Source: Octopus sinensis
Taxonomy: Eukaryota
Reading direction: 5' to 3'
DNA: 64,000 nt
Assembly (NCBI RefSeq): GCF_006345805.1
Contig: NC_043008.1
Coordinates: 71,362,001-71,426,000, forward strand
Each line of letters begins with the position of its first letter. The stretch's first letter is position 1. Positions 56,374 to 64,000 of this stretch are shown here, one piece after another. The notes under the pieces were generated by a model. The model saw only the letters and a program-made list of their open reading frames with translations, was not told the DNA's origin and searched no databases. The position numbers and the translations under genes were made by a program.

Positions 56374-56595
56374 CAGTGTTGCTAAAATGTCACCAACCCG
56401 ATAGTAGATCAAAATTTCATAAATGCATAATGTTCAATTTTATTTATTTATTACAGTTATGTAGTCCTCAAGAAAGGCTTCAGTTTGAGCAATTTTCATA
56501 TCTAGATGCTTTTATAAAATTCATTCAGATGTTAAACGTAAATGTAACTTGGAATTAAATAGATTTGATTTACTGCACGTGACCTTTGGCCAACA

Positions 56596-56598
<3 letters not shown>
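56374..56598. mobile_element. Tc1/mariner-type MITE of about 225 bp
   Basis: Imperfect TIRs cagtgttgctaaaatgtcac / gtgacctttggccaacactg (CAGTG terminus), followed by TA. Confidence 0.7.
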
Positions 56599-56676
<78 letters not shown>

Positions 56677-56766
56677 CAGCAACAATTTAGATTCAAATGA
56701 ATATGGCACTTAATTTAGATGCACCAGAATATTTATGGTGTTACCCATAAAAATATGCGGGGTGAT

Positions 56767-57143
56767 TATAATAAAAAAAATAAGCAACAAGAATGAATCC
56801 GGTAATTTAGTACAATTGTTTCATACTACAACATTTTATTAAAAGCTGTAAATATTACAGCAGATTAGTTGTAAACAAGATTTTGGTCAGTTGGCATCTG
56901 AACTACACGACCTCATGTTCCTAAGATTCATATTTACATCTTCATCTGTATATTTACCTTTCCTAAGATGTTATTAATTGATTTGAAAACTTTATATTAT
57001 TGGAAAACTTATATTAAATTAGCCTAAGATTACTCGGCATCTTAAATCTGCTGTAATATTTACAGCTTTTAATAAAATGTTGTAGTATGAAACAATTGTA
57101 CTAAATTACCGGATCCATTCTTGTTGCTTATTTTTTGATTATA
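56767..57143. repeat. Inverted repeat (fold-back unit 2): arms of about 100 bp at 56767-56866 and 57045-57143, homologous to the outer part of unit 1
   Basis: aagcaacaagaatg..tttagtacaat.gtttcatac..tttattaaaag.tg.aaa..ttacagca is shared with unit 1; the arms are near-perfect complements. Confidence 0.95.
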
Positions 57144-58679
57144 TATATATATATTCATATATATATATATATGCAAAGACACAAACACGCACACTCACAA
57201 TCACATATGTATATATAGCAAATGAAAGACAGAAGATGGAATATACAAGAATTTATCAGTAATCCTGACACATGTTTCGACACATCTAGCATCGATTCCT
57301 CTTGGGTGCGACATTCAACAACAGGAACATCCGTTGGTACAGATGTATCTCGTCGGGTGATAATTAAATACAAGTCGTTAAAATGACACTTCCCCAATGT
57401 AACTTTCCTTTTTTGTAGAGAGTAAAGCAGCCAGGCGGAGGAAATATCTTCATTTATACAGAATATCACAGATGACAAAAAGAGAAGCACATACGTTTCC
57501 AACAACCCAAGGTGGCAGTATAATATTTATTGACCAGTTGAACTATTCTCTTAGACAAGCTTGCAACTCACTTAATATATGAGAAGGAATTTAAGTATCT
57601 TAAAATATATGCTCGCCGCTAAGTCAACTGGTAATGACACTTACTGTCCAGCAGGATTATAGTGAAGATCAGGTTTGATGTATTTACAATTATACTGTTA
57701 TAAGAGTAAGAGAAAGACAACTGTTAGAGAGTGAAAGCAACAATTACGTATTACTCTTCAAAGTTGCCAATTATACTCATCGTCACAATCAGGAATGTCT
57801 ACCTGTGTCCCTCTTCTAACAACCACGGTAAGTTAATGTTTTCGTGCTCAAACGTAATTTTTCCAGGGCGTTGTTTATAAATATATCGAGGGAACTGTTC
57901 GAAATGAAGAGCGTGGTAAAACTGTAGACGAAGGATCAGATGAATGCCGTACATATTTTAATCATTTGTGAGAGAGGGTCATTTGAGTGAAAATGGGCGT
58001 GTTTAAGTGATATAGGTGTCGTTCTTGTTTAATCGTTCACAAAATGTGTTTGAGCAGCGCTGAGGTCAGATGAAATCTAGCCGAGACCAAACTGGATTTA
58101 ATAACGCGTTCTTGGACTAGAAATTAGCGAATAAGCTCTTCACTTTATTTCTGTATACTATGAATTAAGGGATATTTGGTGGGTATTCCTAGCCACGTAA
58201 GGACTCCTTCGTTGAAATGATACAGAGAAAAAAGTGGTCCTAGCGTACTATTTCAGAGTTCTAACCATTGTAGTAGCGGTAAATGGAAATCTCTTTTGGC
58301 TGATAATTAACCGGTTGAACGTTATTACTTGAATATCATAGATTTATAAGCTAATTATCCTGTAGATAATCTCAGTAAAATTGGACTAATATTCATTCGG
58401 CACTGGGGATAAGGTTTAAGTACGCATGTTTCAGCATTTGCAAGGAAAGTGAAAATTTAGTTAAATGTATTCAGGTATGAGTGTAGTTTTGTGTCTTAGA
58501 GTAATATAGTTAATCATGGTTTCTAAACTAAAGCAGAAGAATTCTTGCATAAATATTTCAAATAGTATGTATGATGCATGGATGTATATATATGCGCATG
58601 TGTATAATATTTGTATATATATGTGTGTGTATATATGTATGTGGGAGTATATATAAGTATATATACGCATGTACATGTA

Positions 58680-58728
<49 letters not shown>

Positions 58729-60143
58729 GTACATATATATGCTATATGTTTGTATATATATATTTATGTTTATATACATACATACGTATTTACATATAAT
58801 ATATATACATGTGTATGTGTTTTTGCATCTTTAAACGTTTCTGCTTTTTTTCTAGACACATATTTGTGTGTGTATGTTTCTATGTCTATTTGTGTATTAC
58901 ATGTATATTTATATGTTTTTATATCTGTAAATATGCATACATGTATATGTGTATGAATATGGTGGGTGAATCGTGTGCTAACACAATGGGAGAGATAAAA
59001 AAAATGAAAGAATGTAGATTGTTCGCCATTTTAGTTCTAAATTGTGAATATTTTAGCAAGTTAAAACTGAAAGAGGGATATAAAATCTGCCAGAGGTGAT
59101 TTGCACGTAAAATAAACATAAATGACGAGAAAAGATCGTACAAACAACAGATGTTTAACTTCAGAAATATTGATAAAAATATATTTCAGTCAGGTTTAAA
59201 GGAATAAATATAGATATTCTTGTTGGTGCTGTTGTGAGTATCGTTAGTGTGGTAGAGAATAGTAGGGGTGGGTTGAAGGGTGTTTTCAACAGTAGGGCAT
59301 CGGATTGTATATTTTAAAGGATTTAGTTACGTTTCATTAAGTATGTTCTTAGTTCTAATCCGTGTTTCAATCACATGTTTTGCTGGAACGGCTCCATAGG
59401 TATGTTCTTATTTCCAAATGTTGCTAAGAATTTCTCTTTGGTTTCTATTTTCCCAAGGGGCGATGAAGATACAAAGGCATTTCAAAGGGTGAGATTAATC
59501 AAATCCACTCAATAATGAGATGCATGCGGTTTCTTCGAAATGTTATTCTTAATTATGGTTATGCTATAAAACGAGGAGTGAAACTATGAATATTCATTAT
59601 GTGATTATTTATTCTATACTGCAACAACTAAACTATAGTGTTGATTCTTACAGGTTATAGATTGGTTTCCAGCAGATCAACCACTGATTCACCAAATCTC
59701 TGAAGGCGAAAACAGTGAATCTGTAAATTCACGTGGAAATATATTTCAAAGTACTTCGTTCAGAAAGCGATAGTTTAGATCATTGCTCAAAGAAAATTAA
59801 GTTATAAGTTAATTAATATAGTTATGATGTGATCATTAGCGTGTTGGCCTGGAAAAACTCTAAATATTTAATATTATATTCAGCCATATAATAGAAGGTT
59901 CGAGACGACTGGTGTTGCGCTGTGCATAGTGTGTCAGTTAGCCTCATTCTAACCTTGAGTATACCTACGTTATTAAAAGTGGATTAAACTTAATTCACCC
60001 ATATAACTATTGTTACCTCAAATGCACGGCATTAAAGAAATTCGATTCCAGACAGTGACCTGAATAATAATAATAATGATAATAATAATAACAACATTGA
60101 AATATACCTTAGGAATGAGAACCCAGGTTCGATATTTCCCCAA

Positions 60144-60189
60144 GACACCTGATGAAGGCTGGAGGGTATATCAGCTTAAACGTTGTGTT
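60144..60189 (+). ncRNA. Minimal type I hammerhead-ribozyme-like motif of the PLE-associated kind, with core G12 mutated
   Basis: Stem I GACAC/GTGTT; core CTGATGA; stem II GGCTG/CAGCT; TAAAC instead of GAAAC; palindromic ACGT stem III; GUU triplet. Confidence 0.55.
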
Positions 60190-60844
60190 AACAACAGACA
60201 AGATGAGTACAAATATCAGTTAATTGCAAATAATGTAAGTAATGTACATAATTCCTAATCTCTTAAATATAGAACTGTATTGCAATTGCAAGGCAACTAT
60301 ATAAACCGTGGTTTACATTCATTTATTTATTATAATAAGTTAAGAAAATAGAGAGGTAATTAATAGATTATTTTTTATCAATTAAAAAATCGACTAACAT
60401 TCCTTACAGCTATTTCATAAAGTTTTAAAAATTATTTGAAAGTCGAATCTCATCAGACGTAGTTTAAGATATACAAAATAGATGATCAATTTCTGCATGT
60501 TGAGTAAACGGCGCCCCCCATTCACACATACGCATGTGCGCTTGCGCAGTTTCTTTCGGCCAGTTCATCATTATTATTTCTTTCACTCAGCCTCTTTCTT
60601 CCGGCCATTTCATCATGTTGAACGGTTAATCCTTACACAATTTTTCTCTTCCCGTTTTTTTTTTCGGATTCGCTATGTTTTTTTCCTCTCATTGTATTCT
60701 GTCGAAGAACGTAGGTTCGAAACGTCCAAGACGTTTCAGTTTTTTTCCGAGCATTAAACTAATATATCTGCTTGTTGTTCCTTCACACCTTCACATGTAT
60801 TCGCCTGTTATTTCCAGTAAATTTGAACTATATATATATATATA

Positions 60845-61704
60845 TGTAAACAAACGACACAACGTATATTGAATGTAAAAAAACAAACGTGAGACAAATA
60901 GAAAGTCCATAATCCTTCATCAGTTATCAATCAATCGTACTTTTCAGTTTAGGACCTTCAATAATAAGACTGAACGATTGGCGGCTCACGCATAAAAAGT
61001 TTTCTTGCGAAGAATTATGGACAAGAGCAAACAGAAAGAAATAAGACAAGGAAAACGACACAGTGTGATTTAAGACGGTGGACGAGGACAAAAAGGGGAA
61101 AAGAATACAGTTTCGGGGTCAAGAAGACGAGAATAGTGGGTAACGCTTACAAAATATTTTGAACGCTGGAGAACGGAGAGACAGAATTTGAGACTGGTCA
61201 GCCAAGTTACAAGTCTAAGAAAGAAAGAAAGAAGAACTAGCCGCTGGTCACTTGACAGCAGCAGGCAGAGGAGAATGACAGTAGGGAGAGGGAGTGACAG
61301 AGAAAAGAAGGGGGAAGGAAAAAGGCTAGAAATAGATGAGGGAGAGAGAGAGAAAGAGAGTAAGTAGAAAGGCTAGAATAGAAGGCACAAGGTAAGTGAA
61401 CTTGCATTGGTCAGCTCAGAGTCCAGTTTAAGAAAGAAGAAAAAGCAGAACTGGCCGCTAATCGCGTGACACCAGCATGCAGAGGGGAAAGACAGCAGGG
61501 AGAAGGAGTAACAGAGAAAGAAAGGGGGACGTGGATGAGGGGAAGCAGAAAGGCTAGGAAGTACAAGGGGCAAAGAGAGAAATATCTAGGCAGGTTGGAA
61601 CAAAAGTGACAGGGTGAGAGAAAGAAAAGGAGAAGGAATCAAGGCAACAGGGAGCGAGCGAGAGAGAGAGAGAGAGAGAGAGAGATAGATAGATAGATGG
61701 ATAG

Positions 61705-61747
<43 letters not shown>

Positions 61748-62351
61748 ATGTCTTTATTCCCCATAAGATTAAGGAAAAAAGAGGGGGTGATACTAGGACA
61801 AACAAAACAAACATTAGGGTCAGGGTATCGAATGAGACGAAACGTATGAATAAACAAAAATTAAAATATATACAATTAAATGAGAATGAGTGATTTACAA
61901 AAAATGAAGCGGAGGACACGGTCGACCCCACAAACCACATACTCATACTGAAGACTTTGCTTTCTCCTTTTTATGTTCTCGTTTAAACAGGTTCTTTCAC
62001 TCGCAACATACTTGCTACAGACTTCCATCTTTTAGGAAACACACTTTGCGACAGGCATTTCTTCTCCAGCCTTATTTTCCGTTTCATGTGGAAAGCGAAA
62101 AAGTCGATTAGCTCGAGACTGGAGATGAACATGCCTGTTGTAATTCCTTTCCCTCTCGTCTTCCATACTACCTCGTTCGCCACAGCAACTACCGAGAGAA
62201 AACAGGCTCGCTCCTCCCTATTCAGGGAGGTCGGCGGAACGATCTTAATTACAGATTCGCTCGACAGTTGTACTCTTCTCGAATGCGACAGCAGGTGTTC
62301 GATATAAGCCCAGAGCTCAGTCACCTTGGGGCATTGCACAATCACGTGCAG

Positions 62352-62397
<46 letters not shown>

Positions 62398-62635
62398 AAT
62401 ATATAAATAAACAACATAACGACAAACGACATGAATGTAAAAACAAACGTTAAGCAAATAGAAAGTCCATAACCCTTCATCAATTATCAACCAATGGTAC
62501 TTTTCAGTTTCGCCCCTTTAAAATAAGACTGAATGCTTCCCAATTGGCGGCGCCGGCAAAAAAATTTTCTTGCAAGAGCAAACGAAACGAAACAAACCAA
62601 GGAAAACGACACGTTGTGACTTAGGAACCTGGACT
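60845..62635 (-). mobile_element. Second non-coding unit bounded by diverged direct repeats of about 230 bp (about 60845-61075 and 62405-62635), PLE-terminal-repeat-like
   Basis: Both repeats carry gaatgtaaaaa..caaacgt..aaatagaaagtccataa.ccttcatca.ttatcaa..gtacttttcagttt..aataagactgaa..ttggcggc..caaggaaaacgacac; purine-rich centre on +. Confidence 0.55.
61748..62356 (-). mobile_element. 5'-truncated L1/Tx1-like 3' fragment inserted in a (TC)n/(GA)n microsatellite
   Basis: VLHVIVQCPKVTELWAYIEHLL..VVWKTR..FHMKRKIRLEKKCLS..RW is homologous to the 3' part of the 47.7-51.9 kb element; ends AATAAAgacat(TC)n on -; (GA)n on both sides. Confidence 0.85.
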
Positions 62636-63329
62636 GGGAAAAACAAGTGTTGATCAGTTTTATTTACAGAGATGTCTATCCTGTCTTCGTGGTCTCTAGT
62701 GGTAATGACTTTTATTCTCATTATGGGTTTATTTTCAGTAGCTAACGTTTAGATTTAGCAAACTCACACTATATCAAATATACAAACTTGCTCTTCTCTG
62801 TCTGCCTCTCAACATTGAGAAATATTCCAGTGCAAGAAATATATGAACTCCAAGGTTACTGGAGGTGAGATAGGACAACTTGTCAAGCTAGTGACTTTAA
62901 AAACATAAACAAATTTTCCGGTCTGAGGAAAGGTTACGAAGAGCATATACCTGTAGAGGAGGAGTGGCGAAGATATAGATACCAGGAGTGTCTTGAATTC
63001 ATCAAGTGAATCAGGACATAGAAAATGTTAAATGTCAGAAGATATTAAGTAGATACATATGTAGGTAGATAGGTATGTACGTAAGATGTTCGGCTCGCTG
63101 GTTGGCTGGTTGATTACTTGGTTGGTTGAAGGGTGACTATGACAGTGTTAAGTGATTCCGTCTATTTATTGACAGCCATTTCTACAAGAAATAACATCGA
63201 AAAATAATTCCTTTCATCTCACTAATTTGTGAACCAATTTATCTTTACACGTCTTTCTTCATTTCATCATCACTTTCTTTTATTAGTGTTTTAAATTCAC
63301 CTTAAAAAAATAACACAAACATATACACA

Positions 63330-63560
<231 letters not shown>

Positions 63561-63808
63561 CATGTGTTTATGATTATACTTATACACGTATATATACAGA
63601 CATTCATACACACACAAATGGAGAAAAGTGTGCGTATAAGCAGAAATAACTTCAGAAATCATATAATGTATAATGTATGACTATTTATTTATATGTCTGA
63701 TGTATGTGTATACGTTAAAAATCAAACGTATCCGGGTACGCATACAAACATTATAACGTACATAGATAAATACAGACGCACATACGCATATATGTTTGTA
63801 TATATCAC

Positions 63809-63844
<36 letters not shown>

Positions 63845-64000
63845 TGTGGGTCTGTGTATAGGAATGTGAGCTTGTATATATGTTCTAAGAGATAGTGAGA
63901 GGAGAATAGGCAGATTGATAGACACATAGAAGGAGAAAAAATTTGGTATATGAATGAGCGCACGCGCGCACACACAGAGTAGATTTATATATATATATAT

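Noticed and set aside
57764-57827. Possible 64-nt exon (aag|...acg|gtaagt)
   Set aside because: GTAAGT occurs often by chance in AT-rich DNA; there is no protein similarity or partner exon.
62820-62864. Possible micro-exon NIPVQEIYELQGYW before gag|gtgaga
   Set aside because: Atypical GAG acceptor, very short, and no independent support.

Overview
AT-rich, microsatellite-dense animal genomic DNA. The SINE/LINE repertoire and the TA, TATC and TAA repeat load suggest an octopus or other coleoid cephalopod; this is an inference, not checked against any database. No host protein-coding gene can be called confidently: almost every ORF in the track is microsatellite translation or a transposon fragment, leaving two short exon-like islands at about 37.9 and 39.3 kb. 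The window is a layered record of mobile DNA: two Penelope-like elements, an end-to-end Helitron relic, CR1-type and RTE LINE pieces, an internally deleted Ty3/Gypsy element interrupted by the RTE, a Chapaev3-like transposase relic, R4/Dong-type retroelements sitting in (TAA)n, L1/Tx1-like elements, mariner/Tc1/hAT MITEs and several tRNA-derived SINEs. The most interesting structures are two related fold-back units at 54.6-57.1 kb whose arms match within each unit far better than between units, direct-repeat-bounded non-coding units and minimal hammerhead-like motifs, a chimeric 0.8-kb insertion with a 23-bp duplication inside a Tx1 ORF1, and a palindromic interrupted microsatellite at 35.7 kb. 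No clearly new biological system is demonstrated. All identities were judged by eye.
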